Positions 13,273-26,664 of a stretch of 64,000 nucleotides of DNA are shown here, one piece after another (position 1 is the stretch's first letter; each line of letters starts with the position of its first letter). Under the pieces are notes generated by a model that saw only the letters and a list, made by a program, of their open reading frames with translations, was not told where the DNA came from and made no database searches. The translations under genes and the position numbers were made by a program. Origin of the DNA: Parasitella parasitica NRRL 2501 (lineage: Eukaryota > Fungi > Mucoromycota); the NCBI GenBank assembly GCA_025201805.1, contig MU619270.1, positions 166,257 to 230,256 on the forward strand, written 5' to 3'.

Positions 13273-13988
13273 CCATCTTCATAATAAAAGCAGCTACTCA
13301 TTGAAATAAAACAAAATAAAATAAAATAAAAAGCGAACTTTTCAAATGTAAAAACGAACTTTGCGGGTGGAGCCGCTGTAATGAAAAGAAATGTCCAACA
13401 GCCATAGTCAGTTTATCCTCAAATTTGCATAATTTCAGCGCATGTTCAGCAAACCCGGCTTAAGCGTCTCGATAAAAAGGTTTTGAGCCTTAGAACCGAA
13501 TATTAGTTTCATCTTGAATTATTTTGTGAGAGGGAGCCTACAAACAGCTCATCATGTCTCATCTAATGGAGACAGACTCGCTCAAATCATACGCTAAGGT
13601 CGTCACAAATCATCTTTTGTACTGCGGAACCCTTGCAAATGTAACTTGTTAACCTAGTGTTGTGTATACTTTATAACCAAATTGTGGTCTGCATCTATAT
13701 TACGTGTATAATTTTTCTTGACTTGATAGTGCCGATGCTGCAATATACTCTTCTTGACATTTTGACATGCCAGGACATGTCTCTTTTTTTTTTTTTTTTT
13801 TTNNNNNNNNNNAGAGCTAGGCTTTGGACTACACCCCTAAGCCAAATACTTGATACTACAAGTTTGCGTATAATCAAAAAATACACTGATATTTCTAGCT
13901 TTGGAATACTATTTCATTATGCTCTTTAACTAGGGATCCAACTATTTTATTTACGTGCGCTATTTACTATTTACATTTTTCACTGATA

Positions 13989-15065
13989 TTAAACGTACCA
14001 AAGGCCAAACTTTTTCAAGTCCAACATCTTATTCTCTCCTTTACGATAATTTGCATGTACAATCATGGGTGTCATGCCATATTTTGTTGGGATATTTCGA
14101 TCAAAATAAGCCCTGCCATGGGGGAAGAGCATTAAATCCAGCAAAGCGATAGAGCTTGTTTGGTAATTGAGGTTCAAGTCATCCAAAATTCGGTTGATGG
14201 CTCTTTGTTGGGTCACCTCGGGTTTCTTGTTTTGCTCCATATCCTGAATGTAAATAGAGGCGTCCAAAATACGCTTGTTTGTGTTGGTGGGGCGCATGAT
14301 GTAGAAACCTGAATTAACAATTTTTTGCTCGGTTTCCTGGGAAAACAACGTCTCTGTATGTGGCCGGGAGTTGAGCTTCATCAGCAGGTAATCGTAAATG
14401 GACGAGGACGTGAATACGATATCTACATCTGAAAACCAAACAGTGACGCCTGTGTATAGCAATCTCTCTACCACCAAAGACTTGGAGTGCGTGATGGGCG
14501 TGTATCCGTCTGATAGCCACCCTTCAAAATCTTTTGAAAGCTCTTTGTGGAACCACTCCTTGGGAATCATGACAACATGCTTGCCTAATCCAGCCTTTTT
14601 CATGGTCTCAACCAACTCTTCATCAATAGCAAACACCAAAAACTTGTCGTCCAATCCACACTTTTTGAGCGAAGCAATCCAATTCATTGTGTATTCAGCC
14701 ATGCCTTGATTAGCGACGGCAGTCAATAAGATGCGATCACTCTTTTTGTTGCCGGAGCGACCAGCGATGCGGATATTGTATTCAATAGCTTGTTCAATTT
14801 CTGCGTTTAAACGTCCCCATTCCTTTGGTTGCCAATCCTTTGCTTTAAAAGGCTCTGTAGACACAGACACGAGATCCTCCTCTTCGGGTAAATCTAAATC
14901 ACCTTGTTGTGCTTGTGTGGGTAGTGTGTCGGCGCCATCTTGGGAGCCATTAAATAACGACCGAGATGGAATGGGCGTCAGATTAGCCAAGAGCGCTAAT
15001 AAAGACAGCAAAAATATAGTGGCCAAAAGCATCGCTAAGGCTTTATTTCTTGCGAACCTTTCCAT
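13989..15065 (-). CDS. Nucleotide-diphospho-sugar transferase (GT77-like), type II membrane protein, intronless
   Basis: N-terminal TM anchor, FLVFAID, K-x2-VV-x2-LL-x2-G, DxD motif WFSDVDIVF, NSGFY, HANY-x4-K. Confidence 0.85.
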   Translation of the reverse strand: MERFARNKALAMLLATIFLLSLLALLANLTPIPSRSLFNGSQDGADTLPTQAQQGDLDLPEEEDLVSVSTEPFKAKDWQPKEWGRLNAEIEQAIEYNIRIAGRSGNKKSDRILLTAVANQGMAEYTMNWIASLKKCGLDDKFLVFAIDEELVETMKKAGLGKHVVMIPKEWFHKELSKDFEGWLSDGYTPITHSKSLVVERLLYTGVTVWFSDVDIVFTSSSIYDYLLMKLNSRPHTETLFSQETEQKIVNSGFYIMRPTNTNKRILDASIYIQDMEQNKKPEVTQQRAINRILDDLNLNYQTSSIALLDLMLFPHGRAYFDRNIPTKYGMTPMIVHANYRKGENKMLDLKKFGLWYV

Positions 15066-15258
15066 GGTACCTGATTTCTTTTTACTTGATACGAGATAGA
15101 AAAGAGGAAGAAGAAGAAGAAAAAAAAGAAGGGACAGAATATTAAGTTCTTCTATTTATTACCTAGTCTAAATCAAATAAATAGTCCAAACCATAATGAT
15201 ATTATAGTATACTGGTGTAACATTAACATACCCATTCAGTGTCTCATGAGACAAGTTT

Positions 15259-16432
15259 TTACAGTAAGCCAACATCGCGCAAGTTCCTTTGAATGATAAT
15301 GTCATTGACTGCACTCATAACAAATCCTATTTGCTCTGTATCTGTTGCACATGTAAAGTGGGTATAGATTTTTTTGTCTCTGACTCCTTGTTCAGGGCTA
15401 AAAATTGCTGCATTAATAAATATTGGCTGGTTTCTTCGTACGTATTTGCACCTTTGAAGTCAGTAAATGTATTTGCAAGCAAATTATTTTGCTCGGAATA
15501 GTGTTCAAGAACAAAATTGTTGATATCGATTTAAACCACTTTGAGTTGCAAATCGAGTCAAATAAAACCAGTGATTCCTTCATGCGATTCTAGAAAAAAA
15601 CAGTGCATTTGCTAGGATACAAAGTGCACGTATTAACTTTTTCCTGCTGGCCATTTACCGTGCGCTCGTCATTCAATCAACACTTGGTCGAATTCAGATA
15701 ACCCAACCAGGAATATAATCGCCGTGACATTCTCAAAGCAATGGATCTATTTCTTGCGTTCTGATCGTTGCCCGCCTAAATCAAACATGCGATATTTAAG
15801 AGCCCCTATTAGAAATGTAGTCTCTGTAATGCCTGTAGTTTTACTCAAGCTCAAAGTACATCTTGATCAGTTGGGGAGTAGACTGGACTGCCAATTCTGT
15901 CGATCGAGTCAAAGAAACTTGATTTCTTAATAGTTTATGCATGGTAAATATAAAACTAAACTTACTATTTTGCAGAATCGTAGAGTTGATATTCATGATT
16001 TTGACAATACACAGATTGCAAATTTGTCGTTTCATAGATACCGAATGGCTTTTACAGTTTCTGCGGATAAGCTTTGTAATTGATTAGGTAAAGCGTAAAC
16101 AACATCCCGATATGTATGCCGATAGCTTGGTTCTCGAGCGACACTTGCAAAGTTTCCATGGCTTCCAAAATCACACGCATAGGCTGCGCCATATTCGGGT
16201 AGATGATGTCTTTGAATCTGTTGTGCTCCCTTTTAGAGAAGCCTCTATCGTGGATAGTAAATCTCATTTGCTTTAATACGGTGGATTTTCCCGGTTCACC
16301 AACACCCAAGATTATTAGTTTAACTTCGTGCGGCAAGGCTGTTTTAGCTTGTTCGATTTGTGAATCAATTTCCTTGCTGCGAGTGGCATCTTGCTCTGAC
16401 TCAAATGGTTGTTTTGACAGCCTACAGCCCAT
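15259..16432 (-). pseudogene. Heterotrimeric G-protein alpha subunit pseudogene (Gi/group I-like), unprocessed
   Basis: MGCRLS; GVGEPGKSTVLKQM; DQDVL*A*VK; [19 protein letters not shown]; [19 protein letters not shown]; [11 protein letters not shown]; NLRDVGLL*. Nonsense codons at 15851-53, 15845-47 and 15747-49, frameshifts, NKxD lost, introns retained. Confidence 0.92.
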
Positions 16433-18215
16433 ATTTGTCAAAGTTATCATTTCAGAACAAAAACGATCATTAGAGACAATATCTTTTCACTTTGTTACTC
16501 GAAAACTTTTGTTTGCTTGTACCAAACTAAACCATCAGCCAAAGAAATTACCGATGAAGCGTTTTGGTCCCTAAAGACATGAAAGTGCTGTGAAAATGAC
16601 CTTGTCTTTCATGCTATCTGTGCATATTGCAGTATCTAGAAATCAATTAATTAATAATCCTGTAGCTGTTTTCATACGACTTTAACATAAGGTGAATGAC
16701 AGAACTTGCACCAAACTGTCTTGAATGCGGACTACTTGGCAGGGCTCGGGATATTGCCACATATTACAAGATCGTTTATCACTACCATAAATGCTTTCTT
16801 TGCCTTTTAAAGCACAGGCTTGTGCTACAAGGTAGCAAATTTCATCTCGATTTGAAACAAACATATGGTTGTTACCAATTGTTAACATATTTCGAGAGGA
16901 TATCGAAACAAAACATGATAAAAGGTAAAACCATACAGATTTTGAAAACATGATCATATTTAGATGTTGCAGGCAAACAAACAAACAAGCAGATAAGTTT
17001 TTGGTCCCTGAAAAAGACCTGCATAGCTTTAATAGAAGACTCATCAAATTGCAAAAGATACATTTTGGTGCTATTTTGAAGCAAGGAAATAAATTGATCG
17101 TATGCATAATCTGTACGATATAGAAATGAACCTCTGAAGCGTTATTTGCTTCAAAGATAATATGATGTGATTTTCTGTAAAATGCAAATAAAATTGAGGC
17201 TGATGAGGACAAAATTGTGATCATGGCTTGTCTCAATAGTTTTTCGTGGCCTCATCGTGTTGTCTATGTACTAATAAACATGAAGCCATTCCATTGTTGT
17301 TATATTTAATTAGCAGAGATATAATTTCTTCCAACTTTTATGCAAAATACACAGCCGAAAAAACTGCTGGATGATGATTAATCGTATTGGAATCGTTACA
17401 TGGCACCAGATAAAGGCAAAAATATCCTGATTGCTCGACATTTAACATTCGAGAATTGGTAGGATTGAGTTTGATACCATGGGAGGCCAATATGTATTGT
17501 TTAAAAATATCTGTATGCAAATATAAAGGATGGCAGTCGGGTTAGACAATGAATTGACACGGTGCAACATTGGACATTTGATTGACTTGTATGTATTTAT
17601 ATCGCACGTATTATTTATGAGATACCGGAAATATGAATTTCAAACTCTAGAGATATATCGATAGTTTTCAAAACTTCTTCTTTTCTCCAATGCTAAATAC
17701 CGGATAATACACACACATTTGATAGTTACACTGATGGTCGGCATGGTTTTGCAACCAAAAAGTTCACTTTAGCCTGTATAGGCTTGAATAATGTTATAAA
17801 TACACATATGCTTTGACAATCAAAGTTGGAACACTGAATTCACCACACTATATACGTTGACTTAACCAGCCATGCGATAACGAACATGATAGATCAAAAG
17901 CAAGGTTTTTTAATTTATGCATACAATAAAAAGTGTGTCGGATAGATACTTTTCTTGTTTGGTAATAGGCCGTCGCTGCCATGTTGGCATTAACCGCATT
18001 TGATAATTTCAAGTGACAATAAAAAGGATACAACACAAAATGGTGGAAACCAATTTATGGTGTTGTTGTTTCCACATCCATAAAAGGAAATATCCTGAGC
18101 ACACAAAAGTTGAAGATTGAAAACAATAAAAGTTTATAAATAGAGCAAACGCTTTGATGTCTTTTGTTTTCACCTTCTTCTGGTTTCTATTCTTCATCAG
18201 CACTCTAATAGAAAA

Positions 18216-21200
18216 ATGAATTCATCGAAAGAAAACCTGACAAGACCCCGAAGTAATAATCTTGGAGTAAGAACCGATTATCGTAGACCTGTATCTCCAT
18301 CCAACAGTAGCGGCATTTCAGACTACAAACGCAGCAGAAGCCCTGTTCCTGATAGCCTTTCAAGCGATGGGTCAGACTTGAGCAAATACGGCCGTAGGCC
18401 TCTTCCAACAGCCACAATGTCCTCTGGCTCAAGTTCTGGGCAGTCTGTTGCAGCTCTGCAACAACATCATCAATGGTTGATGCAGCAGCAAAGTGCCAAT
18501 TCTGCTTCTTCACGTAATAATTATAGATCTGTATCTCCCGGACCCCGTCCCACAAGAGCAATGAATGGAAACAGTGGCAGGCAAATCAATCAGCAACAGC
18601 AACAGTACAATGCCCCACTGGGTAATCACAATAACGGTGAAGATGCCGATGTAGTTTTTGATGATGTCGCTGACGAAGACGACGGTGATGATGTAGAGGA
18701 AGAGCGCATGATAGTTATTCAAGATGTGCGGTCAAGGTCAAGGTCTCCTAGTATTAACAGAGGTAAAACTGTGCATAGACATGTGCTTCAGAATAGCAAC
18801 TCATCGTCTATATTTTACAGGAAGTGGCGGATCAATCATCTCTGTTCAAGCCGCACCTAGTTTCTGTCATACCACGCCTACAGGACCACAAGAATCCAAG
18901 GTAATTATATATAAAATATGTTTATAATGCATCTAATAAATGTGTGTTTGATATTTGGCAGATTGTGAGAGAAGGTTGGCTTTACAAAAAGAATGGATTA
19001 ATGGTAACACAACTTTTAACATTATTTACTTTTTTCCTAATGCAGGTTACTTTTATTCCTTTTCTTATTTAGCAATGGAAGCCTGTTTATGCAGTCGCCA
19101 AACATGGAACTTCTGTCAAGTCTGGCTCGCTATATCTGTACAAAGACATCAAGGTAAGCCGTTATAACCACATTGAAAATTTCATCATCTCATACGCCAA
19201 GTTACAGTGTAAAAGCCATATCCAAACTTATGATATGGGCGAAGTAACTCAGGTGTCCCCAAGATCTCAAGAATACAAAGAAAACATTAAATGGGAGATT
19301 AGCATGGTTGTCAAAGGAGATGACGTTATCTTGGCTGCTGATGCTATGCTTGCTCGTAAAGATTGGATAGATTCCTTGACCTCCATCATGGGAAAGGTAT
19401 CCATAGCTACGCAAAACGAGCTGGCGTCCCGCATCCAATCCTCAGAGCAGATGAACCGAGACCTTCAAGGTGTTGCTGAAGAACTTGACAATGAAAACCA
19501 AAAACTGAAAGAGCAGTTTCAAGCCCTCAAAGATAGTTCCGCCAAGAAAGAGCGCTTCTTTCAACAAGAACTGTTGAACCGTGAGACTGAATTGAAAGAA
19601 GCTCTTACCAAGAGGGAGAGAGCGTTTCAGCAAGAATTACAAGATAGAGAAGAAGAAATGAATACTGAAATGGACCGCCAACGTCAAGCGTTGGAAACCA
19701 AATGCGAAATATTTGAACGTGAGGCAATGCAATGGAGAAGTAAATATAATGAATTGGAAAAAAGGGGCAGCAGCAGCGGCAACAGCGGCAGCATGAGATC
19801 TGATAACAGCAAGGTTGAATCATTGGAGATCGAAGTGCGTAAATGGAAAAACAGAGTCGACGAATTGGAGCATCAGCAAAAGCAGACTGAATACAGAAAT
19901 GTCTCTAGAAACACCCGAAGCAATGACAGTTCATTTGACGGTAGCGATACCTTGAAAGAAACCATGTCAGATGTGAAATTCAATTTACAAGTTCTGCGAG
20001 ACCAGATCAAGAATTCTTCTGAAGGACCTCTTTTAGATATCAAATCAAGTGTCAACAAACTTTGCGATACACTCGATGATGCCAAGATGGGCTGGAATGA
20101 TCTTCAAAGCGACATCATCAAGTTTTTGGAAACTGAAAGAGACGACGCTAATATCAAAGACTCGAAACAAAAGCATATGATGGACTTACTACGCAACGAA
20201 TTCGCCAGTTTACGCCAGGAGCTTGTTGGTGTCTCTGCTGATGATGACAGTGATCAAGAGGAAAAAGATAAGGATGCTAAATTGCCTTCTCTGTCTGAAA
20301 AGTTTGACATCTTGATTCAAATGGTTGAGAATGTTCAAATTAGCCAATCCCGTCTCTCTTCATCCATGATGGATAACAATTCGACATCGTCGAGCGACAG
20401 CGGCCTGCCCTCCACCCCTCCTTTATCACATGTTGGCAAAGACTCTGAATTGTACAAGGCTGTTGCATCTCAACATAAGCAGCTGACTGAATGGATTCAA
20501 GAGTCGAGGGAAATGCAAAACTCGTCGTCAACTACCGATATTGGCCGATTGCATGAAAAGATTACTCAAACTATCAGCGTTGCCATGTCTGAAATAATGG
20601 ATAATCAACAGCAAGGCCAAGATGAACAAACAAAGAACATCAAAGTCATTGGAAACTACTTGAAATTGATCTCCAACGACATCCAAGAGAGCGCCATCCC
20701 AGACTTGTCCGCTTTATCTCAGCAGCTCGAAGATGTTGTCGAAAGATTGTGCACAACAGAGGAGCGTCTCTCGATGCTCAATGGAACATCCTCATACGTA
20801 TCTGCACACCAGCAAGAGGACGTCATGTCTTTCCGCAATATGCCTCCTCCTTCGCCTTCGTCTGTGGCATTGAGTGATGATGAGAAGCTGTCTCAATTGC
20901 ACACTTTTGTCAAGAATACTGAGCGATTCATGGAGCGTTCACTTTGCATCCTTAGTCAATACGGCAACAACCCCAATGGAATGGAGGAAACAATCCGTCG
21001 TGCTGTCAAAGGAGCCTCTAAAACACACTCTGGGGAGCTTTTAACCATTCAAGAGCAAAACAAGGCCGAGAGAGACATGATTGAAAAAAAAATGAAGCGC
21101 TACGAAGAAAATGCTCGCGGCTTCTTTGAGAAATCAATGGAAAAGATGCACACTGATCTTCACGAATTTACCGGTGTTATGTATGGAATGCTTGAAAAGC

Positions 21201-21952
21201 TGGTGCTGGAGGCTTTGGAGCACTCGTCCGCCACATCCCCATCTGCATTCACCAGCCAAGATGACCAACCGCAACAAAAATCGATCCAGAATGTAGTTGA
21301 GCTATACGCAAAGCTTTCTGGCTTGAATCAAGTTCTCAAGGCAGAGATCACACGACTTACAGAAGAAAAAGAAGAACTGGAATCTACTGTTAAATTCATG
21401 AAAAAGAGTAGTAAGGATTTAGAGCGACAGATTGAAAAGCAAACCCAACAGCTCGAGACAGCAAAATCTGAATACGAAAGAATCCAAAGAGACGTTCAGA
21501 AAACTCGACACGAAGGTACAACCGACCTGTTGGCTAAGGAGTTGGAGCCTTTAATGCAGCAAATCGCCAAGCTGCGAAAAATGGCAGCTGTAAACGATGA
21601 GTTTTCTGAGAACTTGAAGAGCAACCACGAAAAGGTATTTTATGCTGAATCTTCCCAAAATGAATGTATATGCTAATCATGTATATTTTCATAGCAACCA
21701 AGTCGATCAAAATCACCGTTGCCTAGTCCCCACTATTACACAGAAGAAGACGACGAAGACAAGTTACGATTCCCAACCATGAATATGCGCAGCAGAAGAA
21801 GGTCATTTACATCTCAATACTCGGATAGCACCGGCTCTGATAACAAGCATTATGACCAACAATCAATCAAGTCCCCATTGATTGGCAGTAGAGAGCGACC
21901 AAGAGAAAGAACTCCTTTAGCAAGTTATTTGGAGCGTAATAATAAGCAATAA
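18216..21952 (+). CDS. PH-domain and long coiled-coil protein, multi-exon
   Basis: Spliced IVREGWLYKKNGLM/QWKPVYAV...LYLYKD...RKDWIDSL gives a PH signature. 813-aa exon with heptad-rich E/K/Q/L coiled coil. Ser/Arg-rich N-terminus. Confidence 0.8.
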
Positions 21953-23034
21953 TAAATAAAAATACATATACCACAATAGTAAACATAACCAACATGAGTC
22001 TATCCAAAGAATTCCTTCTTTTTCTCCACCTCATTCTTTTTTCTTCTTCACACACTCTCATTAAATTACTGTATACTTGCCTCGTCAATGTTAAGCAAGT
22101 CTGTCATGTTACTAAAGCGAATTTGCTCATTTTTTCCTCGAATACAAGTCATTAGACTTTCATTTCAAGGAACTTCTGTAATTGTATTTGCATATATACT
22201 CGACAATCTAATTGACTCACTCACTTTTTTTTTTTTTTTTTTTATTATTATTTGGAGCCATGTCTTCTATCTTACTACTACTACAAAAAAATGACTATGG
22301 TGAAGTAATAAATAAATACATTAGCGCAGATGCACTAGAATAGGCTTATATCAATACGAAATCTACATTACACTCTGAAGCAAGCATGAACACAGGTCTT
22401 GCGCGATAAATAATAGATATTTAAAGGGTCCCCATTTAGACACAAGCTTGCCAAGTGATCTATAGTGCATTTTACTCACCTGCCTTCTTCTTGCTCTTTT
22501 ATTATTTTTACTACAAGAACCTTCAAAGCAATAAGGTAGGAAACACTGCTGCTCGTACGAAGCTTCTCAATTTGGTAGAAGATGCTGCTAATTTTGAAAA
22601 AATGTTATCCTGGCAATCATTGTAATGTTTAACGTGTACCTGAAGCTAGCATAGTAACATGAATTGACAGATGTTATAAAGGTTAGATCAATCATGTTGA
22701 CAAAAGTTACATAGGTTTGAGCTAATATAGACTGCATGAGACTGAAGGTGCTGAAGCACCGCGCATTGGAGTGCCCTAAAGCATGCTTGAATACAACGTT
22801 GTCTTTTCTTACGTATTTCATCCAAAGTGAAAATGTGTTTTGTACCAAAATTTATTGGGTACCAAAAAAAAAATCAAGCGTACTGATTAAGACTAAAATC
22901 CTGTAGTATAACTGAAATTCTCTATATGACATTTCGAAATGTCATTGGAAATTCAATAAAAGGGGCACATCCATAGGAGAATTTTTTGCTGTTATCATTT
23001 CGATCTTGGGATATAGAAAACAATTGAACAACCT

Positions 23035-23053
23035 TCTCTCTCTCTCTCTCTCT
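23035..23053. repeat. (TC)n microsatellite in the 5' region of the next gene
   Basis: Direct observation. Confidence 0.8.
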
Positions 23054-23073
23054 CGCTTTTTCTTTTATATTTG

Positions 23074-24298
23074 ATGTATCGGTCGTATCATGATCCATGC
23101 CTAACTAGAGCAATTGCTCGTCAAGATGAAGCACTGGAGGATTTGATTCAATCCACTCGTCAAGTCATTCAAAAGCATACAACCTTTTTAGCGAATAATA
23201 ACGATAGCAATTACCATCGCCATCAACACCGTCGTGGCACTATTCATAATAAACCTCAATTGCAGGTACAAACACAATGTACAAATCACTGCTGCTCGGA
23301 TAAAACTAGGCGGATACCTCCCAAAAACTACGATCTTACGACTCAATCACATCCACATCGACAGTCTCCCCAGCAGCAGCCTCAGCAACATCAGGTTCCA
23401 AAAAAATCCAGGACAAAGACCTGGTTCAACAAAATCATTCCTTCTAAGCTGCAATATGAAATAGACGATGAAATGGGGCTACACGAGTTGAAAAAGAGGA
23501 TTCACAAACAGAAACACTTGAAGCAGGAGCAACTGCCACATGTAAAGACAAGCAGTCGGCCCATGATTATACCCTCAGTTTCTTCATCGCCAGAAAAGGT
23601 CGTTGTTGTGGATGTACCGGCAGATACAACAGTAATTCTTCGAAACATAGCTGCAGATGATGTCAAAAATTGCCAGATGGCAGCCATATATCATATTACA
23701 GACATGGATATTATTAATCAATTGTTTGACCATGTAAGCTTGAGCGGATCCAAGAGCACAGGAGACATCAAAAAATGTAAGTAAACAAAAGTTGAGCGAG
23801 CCAGTGAGTATGATTTTGCATACTTACTCTTTCGGCAAGCTTCTACTGCCCACTCTCCGCTTTCTTTCAGCAATAAGGTGTCAAAGAGCTGTACGATGCA
23901 ACCAACATCTATACAAACTGGCGGCATTCACACAGACGGTGGCCCAAATAGATCGTCGTCTACGTGTTCATCAGCAACGCTATTGGTAATGAAACGTGTA
24001 AAGTTCTCGTTTGAGTAGTTGCATAATTAATAGATGTATATATATGCAGAATGATCAGCCATCATTGAAAAAGCCAAAAGGAATGACCAAGTACTTGTCT
24101 ATGCCTAGGCAACTGAATTTACAGCCGCAAAAGTTTAATTACATGGACAGTGATGCCAGCACTATAGATTATCGAGGAGACAACTCTCCCTCCTCTCTGT
24201 CATCCACATCATCCTCATTGTACTGCAGTAACCCAAGAGGAGCAATGAAACATGAAAGACTGCGAGCACATAACCACACAAGGTCCTGGATGCGTTGA
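23074..24298 (+). CDS. Hypothetical low-complexity protein, about 3 exons
   Basis: 237-aa ORF joined in frame to downstream segments by GTAAGT...AAG (~23778-23839) and GTAATG...CAG (~23986-24049) introns. Confidence 0.6.
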
Positions 24299-24605
24299 GA
24301 TTTCGAAACAATTCAGGAGAACTAAAAACTTGTTTTTTTTTTTTTTTTATACAGACAAACCCTAACACTTGAAATACGACAAATGTTGCTTAAATAAAAG
24401 TAAAAAAACACGGCTACAAGTATGGTACATTTTTACTTTATGAAATAAGCTGAGAACGACGTCCTTTACCAAAACAAACCAGACGCTAATAATTAGACAA
24501 GTATGTTTGAGGTGGGACAGAGGTGTAAACATTGTATATATAATATAATATGTACGTTTGCTTGTTCTTGCTCTTTCTTCTTGTCTTTTCACATGTAGGG
24601 CAAAA

Positions 24606-26645
24606 ATGCCACTTGGAAATTTAACTAGACAGCCAGAGTACAGTAAGTTCCCGTGCACACACTAGACATTTACTGACATCCTGCATAGTCTTTGAACGTA
24701 TAAAAAACGAGAGTCTGTCGTCGCAAAGCGCTCCATCATCCCATGCAATTCAACATACCACAACATCTGCACCTACAGCTCGGAAGGAATGGTCATTTCA
24801 CCCAACGGATAGCAGTATTGTCAGCGACCCCGACGCCAACGAGTTTATAGTGGCGTCCAACATTGCAAACAACAGCTTGCCCATTTCCTTCTTCGACTAC
24901 AACATTGCATTCACCACTTGCACATCAGGCGCAGATCAGCAGCAAGAGCAAGCGCGGCAAAGAGGTGATGATAACGATGTCTCATTGCCCACAGGTTGGT
25001 CATTGGCTGGACGAAAAAGATCCATCTTTGAGCTGGACACCAACATTCATACCCTCAGTCAGCTGTATTCAACACTAGCAGACCTTCGAAGCCAATTATC
25101 CGAAACCGTAGCTGATCAAGTAGAACAGCCCTTTGGAAAGAAGCCTAGTCTTCGACCCACTCGATCATCGACAGACGACTACATGTTTCTGTTGTCGAGA
25201 TCTGAGTCATTCGGCAACACGTCCAGTTCTCCCTGTGAGACGAGCGCCATGGATACCGGGGAGGAGCATCAGCACCCGCAAGAAAAACAGCAAGACAGCC
25301 ATAATAGCCACTATTTTCACCTCCGTTGGACTTATCCTGACTTTATCTTTGAATCACTAGTTCATGTTTATTTAGACTGCATCTGTTTCACACGAGTCCA
25401 ACCTAAAAAACTGCTGGATCAACATCGTCAGGGCACCAACTTGGACAAAGCCTACACTTGCGCCATTTACGCTTACGCAGCTTTACACGCTTTGCTGTGT
25501 CACCCCGATAAATTTGGCATCTATTCGTTCATGAACCAGCTGGCTGTGGATGCATACCATGCTGCGTTTGATATGGTTGAATTCGACTCGATGGATGCAG
25601 TGACGTGCGAAACACTGGTGATCATGCACCAGTATCTAATGACAGTAGGACAAGATGGAGAGGCCCGCAACTTGTTTTGTTTGGCGCAAAGACAAATGGA
25701 GCTGCTGCTATCAGCAAAAAATCAGCATCCGCAAGATGTGCATCGTCTTTATGCGTGGATGGCAGAGTTGGATTGGTCTTTTGCCCTAACAAAATTCACT
25801 GCTCCTCTGATAGAATATCGCCAACTAAAGACATCTCTTGATCAAATCAAGCCTGTGACGACAAACTTTGACGATGACCAGTTGTACGTGAAAGCGATCA
25901 AGTTTAAGATCAAGGGGCTGCGTATTCTGCTTTTGAACCACCACCACCAACAGCCATCGACAGACACCTGTGCTAACCGATTACACCAGCAATTGAATCG
26001 ATGGAGAACGAAATATCTCGAGACCTTTTTGTATAAAAGACACGCGCCCAATAATGACCAGCCAACAGCCTACACACTGGAAGATAAACTAGCGTTACGG
26101 CTGCATGCCCTTTATTTCGCTGGTATGTTGGAGCTTCATCAGCAACACATGCTACAGGGATTTGAGTCGGATCAATTGTGGGGATCATCCGGAGAACAAT
26201 GGCCCGACTACTTTAGCCGTTTGTCCTCTACCACATCCTCGTTTGAAATTTCCAGCGAACAAAGTCAAGTAGAAAAGGGTTTATATAGAAGCATGGATGC
26301 AGCTTATGGTTTCATACAAGTGATTCGTTTGCTACTGGATGAAATGGATAGATGCATTTTGCCTCAGGTACTCACTCATGCTGTAGCCTTGTGCACTGGA
26401 AAAATGTCTATTTATACTAAACGCAACCCACTTGTCATGTGTAGATGATTGATACGCTGTCGGCTGCATGTACTGTCCTTTACTTTGGAAACAAGGTTGT
26501 ATTATCCAATAAAGAAATGGTGCAGAAATCACAAGAGGCACTTTCATTTGTGGTGCATGCATTTCTCACTTCTACTACTTTTGCCATGATGGAATGCCCC
26601 CGTATAGATAGATTTGTCAAGAAATGGGGGTCTCTAATGTCATGA
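24606..26645 (+). CDS. Protein with a Fungal_trans/middle-homology-like domain, no Zn cluster seen
   Basis: ATG 24606, intron GTAAGT...TACTGAC...TAG, long exon, second intron ~26368-26445. LVHVYLD, CAIYAYAALH, QQLNRWR and RLHALY resemble the MHD of Zn2Cys6 factors. Confidence 0.65.
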
Positions 26646-26664
26646 ATAACAAATAAACTTGTAT

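Noticed and set aside
16690-17250. Possible Helitron Rep remnant (CLECG, NAFFAF*STG)
   Set aside because: The similarity is too short and degenerate to support without BLASTX.
23779-23787. Stop-codon read-through (frame stays open after TAA)
   Set aside because: A canonical GTAAGT intron with a branch point removes the stop in frame.
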